This document shows positions 26,995 through 40,535 of a DNA stretch of 64,000 nucleotides, piece after piece. Each line of letters begins with the position of its first letter. The stretch's first letter is position 1. This DNA comes from Octopus sinensis (lineage: Eukaryota): contig NC_043011.1 in the NCBI RefSeq assembly GCF_006345805.1, forward strand, positions 9,176,001 through 9,240,000. Reading direction: 5' to 3'. The position numbers were made by a program, and so were the translations under genes. Below the pieces are notes generated by a model that was not told the DNA's origin, searched no databases, and saw only the letters and a list, made by a program, of their open reading frames with translations.

Positions 26995-27319
26995 GTTAGA
27001 CACCTAACAGACTACCTCGGGGATTCATGCAGTCAGTGGACCAGCTAGAAATAGCAGCTAAATCTTCCATAAATCATACCTCCCACTTAATGTCTTAAAG
27101 AACTAAACATTAGATGATGTAAAAATCAATATAAAAGAGATGGACACGGTTGGAACAGATCATATCAAGGAAGACTTGAGGAACAACAGCAACAATAGAC
27201 AGCAATGTAATATAATTCTAAAGGTTTTAAAGAGCAATCCATAATGATAACACATTTGTCTTAGAAGGGGTCAACTTCGTGTTTCCATTTTCGTTCTCTG
27301 ATTATATTAGATTGTATCG

Positions 27320-27720
27320 TGAATGCTAGTGGCCAAAACAGCGTTCCTGCGGGGGGGGGGGGTCTCTGCAGTAACATTACTCAACAGGATGAGCAGCTCG
27401 GAGAACAAAATGTCTCTCCAGATTCAGCTGCTGCTTCTCTGCGTTGAGAGGTCCCAACAGCATTACTACTGACACAAGAGTATAATAACGTTGTAGGAAA
27501 GAATCGCAAGATTCTTCAAGCTAAGCCATCTGGCAGCTGACCGAGAACGAGATGGTTGGATCCAGGGCTCCATAGTCTCAGATGGTCAGGCTTCGGAATG
27601 CAGTCAGGAAGTGTGATGGCGTTTGCTACTGACACGACCCGATGGAGGGGGTGCCTGAGGACTCTACCCTCAACGACTCAGCCACAAATATTGGAGGGAA
27701 AATATGGATGGATGGATAGA
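27320..27720 (+). mobile_element. LINE 3' end (RTE/L2-like) with a short (ATGG)n tail
   Basis: Degenerate ...PRTRWLD...ATDTTRWRG.LRTLP... followed by atggatggatgg. Confidence 0.5.
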
Positions 27721-28138
27721 AATGATACATCAGTAAATTTTGTTTCTATAGATTTGAGAACCGTGGCCACCTTAGATGATAAGGTACTGGGCTGACATCA
27801 GAGAGGAGGGCTATATGATTTTTACTTTAAATTGCATAACGTCATTGATTTCAAATATCCAATCATTGGTTGACAACATTTTTGAAAGATAGAACAAGTG
27901 AGTGTTTGTAACAAATATTACAAAGGACTTCGAAGTTTACCAATTTTCATTTTTCTTCTCCGATATACTCCAGTACTAAGGCGATGTATTGGCAAAATCG
28001 TTCAGTTTCGGACATAAGACATTTGTTCTGAGTTTAAATCTCACCAAAGTCAACTTCACATCTCAACTTTCCATCGTTGACTATTCGTAGGTCAAAGGGA
28101 CACGCAACATCAACGAAATAGCAGATGTGGTGCATTTT

Positions 28139-28225
<87 letters not shown>

Positions 28226-28281
28226 TATTATTATTATTATTATTATCATTTTATGTTTGACTTTCGCTTTACATTTGTACT

Positions 28282-28680
28282 GGCGCAGGAGTGGCTGTGT
28301 GGTAAGTAGTTTGTTTACCAACCACATGGTTCCGGGTTCAGTCCCACTGCGTGGCACCTTGGGCAGGTGTCTTCTACTATAGCATCGGGCCGACCAAAGC
28401 CTTGTGAGTGGATTTGGTAGACGGAAACTGAAAGAAGCCCGTCGTATATATGTATATATATATGTGCGTGTGTGTGCTTGTGTGTCTGTGTTTGTCCCCC
28501 TAGCATTGCTTGACAACGGATGGTGGTGTGTTTATGTCCCCGTTACTTAGCGTTTCGGCAAAAGAGACCGATAGAATAAGTACTGGGCTTACAAAAGAAT
28601 AAGTACCGGGTCGAGTTGCTCGATTAAAAGCGGTGCTCCAGCATGGCCGCAGTCAAATGACTGAAACAAGTAAAAGAGTA
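28282..28680 (+). mobile_element. tRNA-derived SINE, family A
   Basis: Colinear with 2085-2438; A and B boxes present. Confidence 0.85.
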
Positions 28681-28685
28681 AGTTG

Positions 28686-30521
28686 ACTCCAAGTCTCACC
28701 CAGAGACCTCAAGAGACAACAAGTTGGAAGTTCATGTTATTGTTATGCCTAGGGTGCCATATATTTGGTTTAGTACTTAGTGTTGTTCTAGAGAATGTTT
28801 AAGAAATCATAAGAAAATGATGTTTGTTTTAAAATTTGAGATTACATAGAAAGTATTTTGCGTAGGATATGGGCAGTTCCCATGAGCACTATCTTTTTAC
28901 TTTCTACCATTTTGGATTTTCCTGGTATCTGAGCTATGTAGCAATCAGCCCCTTTTGCTATCATTCCCAGGGTACCTATGACAACAGGTATTGTTTTAGT
29001 CTTCAGGTTCCACATTTTGCTGATTTCTATCTCAAGGTCTTTATACTTGCTCAGTTTTTGGTAGGTCTTGACAGATACGTTTATATCGATTGGGACAGTC
29101 ATATCAATGAGGAGGCATGTTCTTTGTCTGAAGTCTTTCAATATGATGTCTGGCCTCTTCGCGTCTATCTTTCTGTCATTTTGAATGGTGAAGTTCCAGA
29201 GGAGTGAGATGTGATCATTTTCAAGCACTGGAGGGGGTTTGTGTTCCCACCAGTTTTTATCATGGGGCAAGTCCAGGTTTTTGCAAATTACTCAGGGAAT
29301 ATATTGTGCAGCTCTATCATGCCTGTTGAGATACTCTGTAGGCGCAAGAAGACTGCACTTGGAGACAACATGATCAATGGCTTCATTTTGTTGTTGAAAT
29401 ACACGACATGTTGGGAAGCTGCCGTTCTTTAATATGTTGGCCTGGTAGTTCCTTATAGGTAGACATTGATCTTGAGCTGCTATGATAAACCCCTCTGTTT
29501 CAGATTTTAAGCCAGAGGCCATTAGCCATTGATGTGTCAGGGCTTTGTCAACATCTGCATTATTCGCTCTCTTTGGGTATTTGCCATTGAGAGGTTTTTC
29601 TTGCCATTTATCATTCAGAATATCTAAGGCCGCAGATTTAGCACGGGTTTTCATGCACTTAGCTTTTTCTGTGCCTGTTTCTTGTATGTCTATTTCTAAT
29701 TCCGAAATTTGTTGTAGTCGGAATTCACTTAGATATTCCTTTGCCTGTTTTGTTACTGAGTATGGTTGCTTTCTTGTTTTCATGTTTTGAGACAAGTTTT
29801 AACATCCAGTCCTCAGAGATTTTCAGGTAGATGTCTAGGCCAATTGTAGCAATCTTCATTGTTATTGCTAGTTGTAAAAGTCCACGGCCTCCCTCTTTTC
29901 TTGGCAGATAAAGTCGTTCTGTATCTGCCTTAGGGTGGTGCATTCTATGCATTGTCAACAGTTTTCATATTTTTCTGTCAAGATTACATATTTCAGTAAT
30001 TGACCAGTTAACGATATTGAAACTGTAAGTCACGACTGGTATGGCTAATGCATTGATCTCTTCGATTCTGTTTCTTGCATTCAGCTCTGTCTTAAGTATT
30101 GCTCTTACTCTGCGATAACATTCTCTCCTGATCCTTTCCTTCATCACTGAATGCCTTATTCCGTCCCCTTCAATTACCCCTAGGTACTTGTAGCTTTCCG
30201 CTGGGTCTAACTCTTTTATGACATTCTGCTGGTCAAGGTTAACGTTAGATGTTTCATGTCATTTTTCCTTTGATAAAGGTAGCTTTTGCACATTTATTGA
30301 GGCCAAATTGCATTCGGATGTCATCGCTGAATTGTTTGACAATCGCTAGTAAGCCCTTGAGTTGTTGGTAATTTTTTGCAAAGAGCTTTAAATCATCCAT
30401 GTAAATGAGATGATTTATATTTTTATCAAACATTTTATAACCGTATTGTGCATCATTGAACAATTTCGAGAGAGGTATTAAGGCTAGACAAAAGAGGAGT
30501 GGTGATAGTGAGTCACCCTGG

Positions 30522-30522
<1 letters not shown>
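28686..30522 (-). mobile_element. 5'-truncated Dong/R4-like non-LTR retrotransposon (RT C-terminal half, CCHC region, RLE domain)
   Basis: QGDSLSPLLF, HLIYMDDLKLFA, ETEGFIIAAQDQ, CRV..ETIDHVVSKC-like, RPDIIL, KYKDL; frameshifted. The 5' truncation abuts (ATT)n at 30523-30580. Confidence 0.88.
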
Positions 30523-30577
<55 letters not shown>

Positions 30578-30589
30578 CATATAAAGACT

Positions 30590-31060
30590 CAGCTTATTTT
30601 GCCGGGTATGATGGAAAGTGTCAGCTGTCCACAGCCAGCAGACTAAGGTGACACTTGTGTTACTGGTGATGCTTCAAGAACCCTGTGGAGAATTCTTGCA
30701 GTTCCGAGTAATGCTGATCTTTGTAGTTGTTCTACCTTTACACTTGCACCAGTCTCTTTCAGCCATGTTGGTAGCTGAGTGCTGATACTTCCAAGTGCAT
30801 CAGTTACTGTTGGTATTACGTCTACTCTCTTCATTGACCACAACCTTCGTTCCGAGTCTCTTTTCCATTTGCTTAATTTTTTCTCAGTAATGACATATTC
30901 TGATAAACGAAGAATACTTCTGCATTTCTTGAGGTCTGTGCTGATAAATAACGTAAAGCACCGACGTTACCAGAACTGTCTTTATTCTTCGCAGTTCCTG
31001 AATATCGACAACTTTATTCAGTTATACAGTAATGTTGTTAGATTTTTAAAATATTTTTCA
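30590..31060 (-). mobile_element. 3' fragment of a second RLE-type non-LTR family
   Basis: RLWSMKRVDVIPTVTDALG...QRSALLGTARILHRVL*; the 3' end joins the (AAT)n array at about 30580. Confidence 0.7.
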
Positions 31061-31322
31061 TTGATTTTCTTTAATTTTTGTAGTCTTTTAATCCCGAGTT
31101 TTTAAAAAAGACATACAATTGTGCAGACACTTCTTTCCAAATGGTATTTTTGTTCTTTTTATTCTTTGGATGGCAAGTAGTAAAAACAGATTCTGTTTGG
31201 GGTCTTCTGATCTGCAGGAGATGTTAGTTTTGATCATTATTTACATTATTTACATTATTTACATTTGACGGATATTTGTCATTCACTAACCCCAAGATTC
31301 CGAGGTCGATTCTAGGCAGTGA

Positions 31323-31400
<78 letters not shown>

Positions 31401-31402
<2 letters not shown>

Positions 31403-31546
31403 CACTACTAGGCACTGCACACATCCTACGCAGAACACTTTCCATACAATGACCATCAGAGCATCACAACAAATCACAGCACATACCCAAGGCATACAGA
31501 GCTGCGCTCGGTAGTGAAGTGAAAGCACGCTATAAAAATAAAACTA

Positions 31547-31549
<3 letters not shown>
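31401..31549 (+). mobile_element. 149-bp extreme 3' end of a Dong/R4-like element, copy 1
   Basis: ALLGTAHILRRTLSIQ* plus 3' UTR, embedded in (AAT)n. Confidence 0.8.
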
Positions 31550-31586
<37 letters not shown>

Positions 31587-31658
31587 TAATAATAATAATA
31601 ATAATAAATAATAATAATAATAATAATAATATAATAATAATAATAATAATAATAATAT

Positions 31659-31696
<38 letters not shown>

Positions 31697-31701
31697 AATA
31701 A

Positions 31702-31847
31702 TGCACTACTAGGCACTGCACACATCCTACGCAGAACACTTTCCATACAATAACCATCAGAGCATCACATCAAATCACAGCACATACCCAAGGCATACAG
31801 AGCTGCGCTCGGTAGTGAAGTGAAAGCACGCTATAAAAATAAAACTA

Positions 31848-31850
<3 letters not shown>
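31702..31850 (+). mobile_element. 149-bp extreme 3' end of a Dong/R4-like element, copy 2
   Basis: Near-identical to 31401-31549, with the same endpoints. Confidence 0.8.
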
Positions 31851-31927
<77 letters not shown>

Positions 31928-31980
31928 CAACATCAGAAAATACCTTTGGAATGAGAACCCAGGTTCGAAATTTCCCCAAG

Positions 31981-32022
31981 ACACCTGATGAAGGCTGGAG
32001 AGTGCATCAACCGAAACGTGTT
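31981..32022 (+). ncRNA. Degenerate minimal hammerhead-like motif
   Basis: ACAC-CTGATGA-A-GGCTG-loop-CAACC-GAAAC-GTGTT: intact core, one stem II mismatch, stem III/stem I junction appears shortened. Confidence 0.5.
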
Positions 32023-32217
32023 AACAACAAACAAGATGAAGACAAATATCCATCAAATGTAAATAATGTAAATAATGTACATAATTCCTCATCTCGTAAA
32101 TATAGAACTCTGTTAGTTTTGATGTCAATAACTCTTTCAATGGTTCCAATTTCCTTAAAAACGCAAAACTTATTTTTACTATATTCTATTCTAAACTAAA
32201 TATTTTTATTTATAAAA

Positions 32218-32412
32218 TTGGTTTCAAATTTTGACATAAGGCCAGCAATTTGGGAGGTAGGAGCTACTCTATTATATCGATCCCGTGTTCGATCCCGAAA
32301 GGATGAAAAGCAAAGTCGACCTTGGCAGAATTCGAAATCAGAACGTAAGGATCGACCAAATGCCGCCAAGTATTTTGTCCGGCGTACTATGGATTCGGTC
32401 AGCTCGCCACCT
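32218..32412 (-). mobile_element. SINE, family C
   Basis: Reverse complement of the family core and head. Confidence 0.7.
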
Positions 32413-33428
32413 TCTAGTATTTATGATAGTAGTCAAAGTTCAGACTTGATGAAGTTGATTGGGGCTTGGACTTCTATATTTGGACGACTAAGTGCCATGA
32501 TTAAATTGGCGTAAGCTACGGTAACTTTTATTCCTATTGATGGTCATTAAATTCAAAATAATTATTCTGAAGATGGAATTATATTAGAATTTTTTTCTTC
32601 TAGCCAGAAATAACTGAAATTTCATGAACTGAAGCAATATAAGAGTCTCTGTTGGTTTTATTCGGGAAATAGCTCAACACATCGAAGTCATCTCTCATAG
32701 AACACATTGTGTGTTTTAGGTCTCTAAAGAACATCAGAATAGAGTTTAGTCTCCACAGTTGTGTTTTCTGTTTTAGGGGCATCTTAGCTGTGTTTAGATT
32801 GATTTTGCTTGTCCCCGTCTCGGGATCGATAAAATAAGTAGCAGTCAAGTAGCGGGGTCGATGTAATCGATTAGCCCCCTTCACCAATATTTGCGGACTT
32901 GTACCAATAGTAGAAAGTATTATCCAAAACAATCGTTTTAAATAGGAATGCATAGTTGAGATACATCACGGAAATAAACCACAGAGCTCTCTCTTCATTA
33001 AATCTTGTGTTTACCACCTTTAATTAATGGTGACCAACGTGAAAGGGTAAATCTCTGTAAGAAAGAAATAGTGCACCTTTTTTGATAGTGAAGACATCCT
33101 AACTAGCGTAACATTAACAGCCATTTAGATCCGGATATAATGCGTTAGTCAGTTACTTATTGACTTTTATTATAACAAATCAGTCCTCTCCCCCACGCAC
33201 ACGCAAAACGATTTCTTCGAGAAAGGCTTATATGTAAAGAATTTCATCAAGGAAGAACAAATAAAATTCATGCGTTGGAATGCATATTTCCTCGGAAGAG
33301 GGAAACGGGAAAAGTTCAAATTTGAAAATACAAAATTCATATTCTCAACAAGAAAATATCCATGTCTGATCAAGGCATGGGAATAACATCTTAAAAAACA
33401 TACAAGAATTCTAATTCCAATATATATA

Positions 33429-33537
<109 letters not shown>

Positions 33538-33817
33538 GTATATGTAAAAGATGGAGGTGGTGGAAGCAGCACAGAAGTAAATCTGAGACATTTCAATTTA
33601 GAAAGAATTTAATGAAATGATTTAAAAAATTATAAAAAGAAATTATGAAATATTACCGGTTTCGATGATGAATTTCATCTATCAAATATTAATAAAAAAT
33701 TTATTAAATTTTGAAGTAGAAACAGTTTATCTTCTCTTTGGTGACCAAAACATGCCCGGAGTTTTTTCGCTGAAGTGTTCTTTAAATATAGTTTGGTTTA
33801 TATATATATATATATAT

Positions 33818-33922
<105 letters not shown>

Positions 33923-35257
33923 TATATATATATATATAATATAATATATATATATATATATATATAATATATATATTAATATATATATATATATATATAT
34001 ATATAACATCTTGAGCGTTTATCTCTATTTTCCATTATTCCTATATATATATATATTATAATATATATATATATTATATATATATATTATATATAATATA
34101 TATATATATATATATAACATCTTGAGCGTTTATCTCTATTTTCCATTATTCCTATGCTCATCAAAACACGTCTCGCTTCTCCCCGGAATTAACTCCCACT
34201 CAAGTGTGATCACTAATTCTGAGGACGCTTTTGTGACATCTGTAATTGTTCATACACACACACACACACACACACACATACGCACACATCTCTAATTTTT
34301 TTCTGATATATGGCTTAAAATTAAGATACAGGTAGCGTGTTTATCTTTCCAGTATTCCATAAGTAAATGCCCTGAGCAGTTTTCATAGAAACCACCTAAT
34401 AAGTAATTAATTAAGTACATAGATGAATATTAAACTGATTCTATGTAATCTTTCCTTTTTAATGTTTATAATTGACATATACACACATTTTACCTATTTT
34501 GATTAAGATATCATTTTTGAAAATCCTAAATTCTATTTTTATTCAACATGACAATATTGTTTATAAATAATCACCCATGGTGCCCCAAGATGTATTCTCC
34601 TCTGTAATAACATCTTAGGTTTCTTAGCGTCTTGCCCCTTTAATTGGTAATTAACATCATGATTTAGAGTTTTCCCTTATACAGCCTCATTTTATAGACA
34701 GTTACTTATATCCAATTGACTACTCCTAATGTCTTTCTTCCTCCCTGAAGAAAAGGGATACACATGATAATATTTATGACCATACCCAGCCATGAGCTGT
34801 CAACTCACTCTTCATTATAAGCAGACACAGTCCTCTAGTCTTAGATTTAGTAGTTGATAAAAAGACAAATAAATTAGAAATGAACCACAATCCTTTACAA
34901 GCTATGACTCCAATGGGCTTCATGCCATGCTTGGAAGTGTAGTCTATTCTTAGCTACAATAGCGACAACATGAATTTCTTCCATCTTCTTGCTCTGTTAA
35001 AGTATTTGAGAAAAATTATATTAATGTGTCCAACTGGTTAAAATTCTATTTATTTATTTGTGCAGCTGATGATGACACTGCATTTAAGTAGATGTAATGA
35101 TTGCATTGTTCAATTAAATGGAGCCGCTTGAAACGGTCGTACTGCATCACCTCTTGATATTCTGTTGCTTATTTTGATTGTGTGTACACACACATACACA
35201 CATATATATATATATGAATATATATATATATATATTATATATATATATATATATATA

Positions 35258-35304
<47 letters not shown>

Positions 35305-35320
35305 TATATATATATAATAT

Positions 35321-35353
<33 letters not shown>

Positions 35354-35800
35354 GTTGTATCTCGAGATGGTCATTTTTTTCCGCAAAATAAACACACGTA
35401 TTTTACGGGAGGTAGAATACATAACCACATCAACAGAGAAAACAACTAGAATGAACATCATACACGAAGAAAGCATTTTTGTCCGACGCAAACGCGAGAA
35501 ACACTTCAACAAATAATTCTCTTGGATGAGGTATAAACAACAGTGTAAAATGAAGCAGGAAGTAAAACAGAAGTACCCGGATAGGGTCAATAAGATATAT
35601 ATGGCAGACGCCCTACTAATGGCCGAACTCTGTAGGGAAAATAATGTGAACATCTATGGAGATTCAACAATCGACTCAGAAGGGCAGTGCATGTGTTTAT
35701 TTGTCAAAAGGAATAATAAATTGTTCATCCCGAAATATAACAATATCTGTTTCAACACACGATTTCACATCAGGAATCTTACAAAACACACACACACACA

Positions 35801-35900
<100 letters not shown>

Positions 35901-37586
35901 AATAAATAATGAAGCAAAACAACCTCAGTTGATAAACTAGAATGTTTGGCTGTCGGCCTCCTCCCTTACATTACTTTAAAAGATGATAACCCCAACTTCT
36001 TAGCTGACACGAAATAGCAATTCATTACTGTCACCGACAGCGAATTAGTTACGAGTCTACATTAGATTCAGTCAACGATACCATTAAGCGAGCCATTAAC
36101 CTTTGTCTTAGGAATAAATAGAACTTCAGTGATTGATGGGTTCCATAACATACATGACAAAAATAACTGTAAATTCACAATTCGACATTATGGAATTGAG
36201 CCTCTCCATCATTGAATCTCTCTTAGTGAAACCACTGGATTGCGGCCATAGATTGACTCCTGTCACTGATTTGGATATTGATGGTATTATACACGCCAGA
36301 AGATTTTCGCTTTCCTTTGATGAATTATTTTGGGTCAAACGATATTCGTTTGGGCTCTTGAAAGAATTGAAGCAATCTGATTGAATTATTTTTTAGACAC
36401 TATCAGAACTAAATTTAATTCTATAGAACTAGGCCCTTAAAGGGGTGACAGATTAATTCTAACTTGTTATAGAAAGGGTGTTCAATTAAATAAGCTTACA
36501 AAACTCAAAATTAATACTTGCAAAAGTCTTGATCCGACAACTATTTTGAATGACGCAGAATCTAAAGAAGTGTTTCTTGTCTAATTATTATAATTACTTT
36601 GCTTAGATATCAATGTTAATTGCTTAGAGAAAAACAATGACGTCACTACAAGCATCATCGCCACCATTACTAACACCACCATTGACGCCATACCACTACT
36701 AATACAACCACCACCACTAACACCAACAGTGACATCACCGCCGCCGCCGCCACTACTACCACGCACCACTTTTGTCTCTTAATCATTCGAGTATTTCGTG
36801 ATTCTACTTGTAAAAATCTCTCTAACAATGCTTCCCAAGTGAATGTCCTGTGTAGGGGGTGAACGTGTCACCAAATATTAACCTGACCTATTTGCAAGAA
36901 GTTATGAGAACTAAGAAGGAAATTAATGGCGGAAATAACAAGTAAACAATTTCTCAGGGGTATTATAAAGGTTCTTGTTTAAGACGAGTTGTTAATGAGT
37001 TAATTAAAACTTGTTCATGAGTTAGTTAAATGCTGTTAATGAGGTGTTCAGATTTACCTAGAAACAGAAATAAAAGACTCTGCTGTTATCCCCAAATATC
37101 GCAGTTTCATTGGTGGAATTTACGGATGAATTTTCGCAACAAAATTTTCTGTGGGATTCCCCAGGAATAACAAGAGAATAAGGACTTCGCTTTCTTTGGC
37201 ACAAATAAACTAAATTTTGTAAAAGAGCCAATACTTGTGATTTCTAAATTAGGATCACCGTCAGACATTTTGTTGGGTGGGGAACGATCGATTTAATTGC
37301 TCTCGGAACTTATTTTCTTGATTCCCGAAAGAATGAAAGACAAAATTTGTATCAGCTTGCGGGAATTGAACTCGGAATAAAAGGGACACAATAAAACACT
37401 GCAAGAAAATAAGAAGATTTTGCTCGGCGTATCAAAGATCTGAACTTCGCTGTTCTATCATTTATAGATTTTAGCAATCCACCGAGTAACCGTTACAGAT
37501 TCTCAGAGCATATGGTATTACTGGAATCATCAGAAATGTAATCAACATTCCCTACAAAATTTCGTCACTCTGGTTTTATCGTCTGA

Positions 37587-38432
37587 CTAGCAGAATTGCC
37601 CGGCGTTGCTCGGGGCTGAATTGCTTGAAAGTACTGTTAATGATTGCACTGAATTATGATGATTATTCAGGCAAATATTGATATAAGTTTACGCTGGGAG
37701 ATAAGGACTTAACGATCAAACGTGTGCCATTGCACTGTTTTGGGGGAACCAAATTTCTGATGAGCATTATAGGGGCACCAACTTTAAGTTTGAGAATGTG
37801 TGGTGGTAGTCCGGGGTGCTCAAAGGAATTGAGTACCTCTATTGGATAGTTGATGACGTCATGTGGGTCAGGAGTTGTATCGATAGACTGATATACATAG
37901 ACTTCCCCAGGAATGGGTTTTAGCATTTCATCATTAATATGGTGAACAGTTTTATTCCTCGGGGCCAGTATAGCCTTTTGGCCAATCCAATCCATATTCT
38001 GATAATTAGCTTGTAGATCTTGGAACACTGCATCTCTGAGATCAGAAGGCGTCTTAACAATGGTACAAATGAAATCGATGGCAATATTACCATTTTCATC
38101 CCCTGGTATTTTGCCTTCACCAAGTGCAAGGAGGGTGTGAGGAAATGCTGCTGATGTGATATTACGTCGCATATGAGCACGCATATTGGTGTGAAGTTTG
38201 AGAGTTACTTCCCTTTATTAAAAAAAATATGCATTAAAATGGGGAAAAATGATGGTAAATTATTTGTAAAATCGTAGACTCATCGTAGACGCGCGCTAAT
38301 ACCCAGAAGGGCTCGATATGAATCACGACTATAAGATACTCGGTTTTGGTTAAACTGCATCGCAAAATGTGGGAGTAGTTAGGAATCTAAATCGGAGTAG
38401 ACAGACACACAACCTTTCTTTTATATATAAAG
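37587..38432 (-). mobile_element. Internally deleted Helitron (copy B) with a PIF1 helicase fragment
   Basis: 5' TC at 38432 after A; hairpin CCCGAGCAACGCCGGG; 3' CTAG at 37590-37587 followed by T. Confidence 0.92.
37663..38184 (-). pseudogene. Helitron RepHel PIF1-helicase C-terminal fragment
   Basis: KAILAPRNKTVHHIND, NYPIEVLNSFEHPGLPPHILKLKVGAPIMLIRNL and CNGTRLIV are characteristic of Helitron helicases. Confidence 0.9.
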
Positions 38433-38433
38433 A

Positions 38434-38790
38434 TTTTCGTCCTAAAAAACTTTGTATGGAGTAAATGGTTACCTCTATGGAAATATATACACACACGTTA
38501 TACATACATGTGTACATAGATGAATATATAAATACATTTATATATCTATATACACTTTTGGGCGATCTTTCTGCTTCTTAGAGATAACTTTAGATGTTAT
38601 TTTCGTCCTAAAAAACTTTGTGCGGAGTGAATGGTTACCTTTATGGAAATATATACACACACATTATACATACATGTGTGTATAGATGAATATATAAATA
38701 CATTTAAATATCTATATACACTTTTCGGCGATCTTTCTGCTACTTGGATATACTTTAGATCTTATATTCGTCCTAAATAACTTTGTATGA
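38434..38790 (+). repeat. About 166-bp tandem repeat, about 2.2 copies
   Basis: The unit start tttcgtcctaaaaaactttg recurs at 38434, 38601 and about 38766. Confidence 0.85.
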
Positions 38791-39069
38791 ATTGAAAAAG
38801 AAAATGAATTGAAATTTTTAAGAAAGGAATTTGTTTACATACATGTGTCAAATGGCAAATGTTTGTGCAGTTGTCCGAAATGGAACCAGGGTAAATGTGT
38901 GGAACTGATGTATTATAATGAATAGTCCTTGTGAATATTAATTTGATTAACATGAACTGAAAACCAGTGGTGTAGCATAAGTGATCTTCTTCTAGCAAAA
39001 AGGATGACCAGTCTGAATGGGTCATCCCTGTCACACACACACACACAGTCACACACACGCACCCTCACA

Positions 39070-39100
<31 letters not shown>

Positions 39101-40238
39101 TCACACACACGCACACACACACATACACACACGTTAGCTTACAATTTTATTTATATATTTGCGTGTCTATGTGTGTAAAGAGGAAGTGGGAGTAATAGGC
39201 AGAGTAAAGGCTTTGAAGTGAAAGAGTGAAATGTTAAAATATTGAGTTTTCTCGAATTTTTTCTTAATTGAGGGTCAAATTGAAAGAAATTTTATATGCC
39301 ATGACCGAATGGAAGTACTTTGAAAAATAATAGGTAAACTGTAATTGAAGAAATTGTGTGAGGAGTAAATCGTTATGTATTTATTTGTTTCTGTTTGCTG
39401 TGTTGTTTTTTTTTTTTGAGTAGTGGTTTAAGGTACACTTGCAAACAGAAAGTAGGAGAAATTATGGTGATAGCATGAGTGAAGCAGTTCATCCCTTTTA
39501 TATAAATACTTTCACTTTAATCGTTGCACACTTGCAAAGAGAAAGGAGGAGAAAGTGTAGTGGTAATGGTATTAGTGAATCACTTGAACTGAAAGAGAAA
39601 ATTTGTTAAATAGTTAGTTTTCTTTAATTTTTGCTTAATTGGGGGTGAAATAGGAAAAACTGTACCTGCCACGACCCGATGTATTCTACTCGTAAAAATG
39701 ATAGGTAAATTCTAATTGAAGAAATTCTATATTGTAGATTTGTATAATAAACAAACGGTTTGAGAGGCAGATAAAATCTGCCTTTTATAATAAGAGATAA
39801 GGGTACGGATTCTTTGAGATCTGGTAGGAGTACTTCAAGGTAACATTCTTTCACCTTGGCTATTCATTGCGACTTTCGATTATTCATTACGAGTCGCAAC
39901 ATCAAAAGCAGAGGAAACAGGTTTCCGAATGAGTCCTTGAAAAAGCAGACGTCATTCTACAACTATTATCACTAATATGCATTAAACAGATCGTATAACA
40001 CTTACTTCTGATGCTATCAAGGAAGATTAATGAATGAGTCGTGGAAGTTGTAAAACAGATCGGACTTCACATCAATGAGGAATTTTTAAAACGATTTAGT
40101 CTTTCATCAAGAATTATCGAAGTAAAGAAGTTAAAAAACTAACACCCTTTAGTGGGCTGTTCCTGCTATCAATACGTCCACCCATCACAAAACACCAGCA
40201 CCGCCGCCGCCGCCGCCATCACCACCACTACCACTACC

Positions 40239-40290
<52 letters not shown>

Positions 40291-40302
40291 TACTACTACT
40301 AC

Positions 40303-40348
<46 letters not shown>

Positions 40349-40349
40349 C

Positions 40350-40535
40350 CTTTCTACTATAGGCAGAAGGCCTGAAATTTGGGTAAGTGGGATAGTCGTT
40401 TTCATCGACCCAGTGCGCAACTGGTACTCATTTCATCGACCCTGAAAGGATGAAAGGCAAAGTCGACCTCAGCGGAATTTGAATTCAGAACGTAGTGACG
40501 GGCGAAACACCGCTAAGCATTTCGCCCGGCGTCCT
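40350..40535 (-). mobile_element. SINE, family C
   Basis: Reverse complement of core and head (aaggcaaagtcgacctc...gaattcagaacg...ctaagcatttcgcccggcg). Confidence 0.8.

Larger units (their letters stand above)
31242..32110 (+). mobile_element. Penelope-type terminal-repeat unit with an inverted tail, split by an (AAT)n array and nested insertions
   Basis: 31242-31280 is the reverse complement of 32041-32079 (38/39 identical); hammerhead-like motif at 31981-32022. Confidence 0.55.

Noticed and set aside
31328-31925. Repeat-spacer-repeat look (CRISPR-like)
   Set aside because: Eukaryotic DNA; the units are LINE tails within microsatellite, with no cas genes.
34005-34155. 40-bp direct duplication inside (TA)n
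   Set aside because: Most simply slippage or an assembly artefact.
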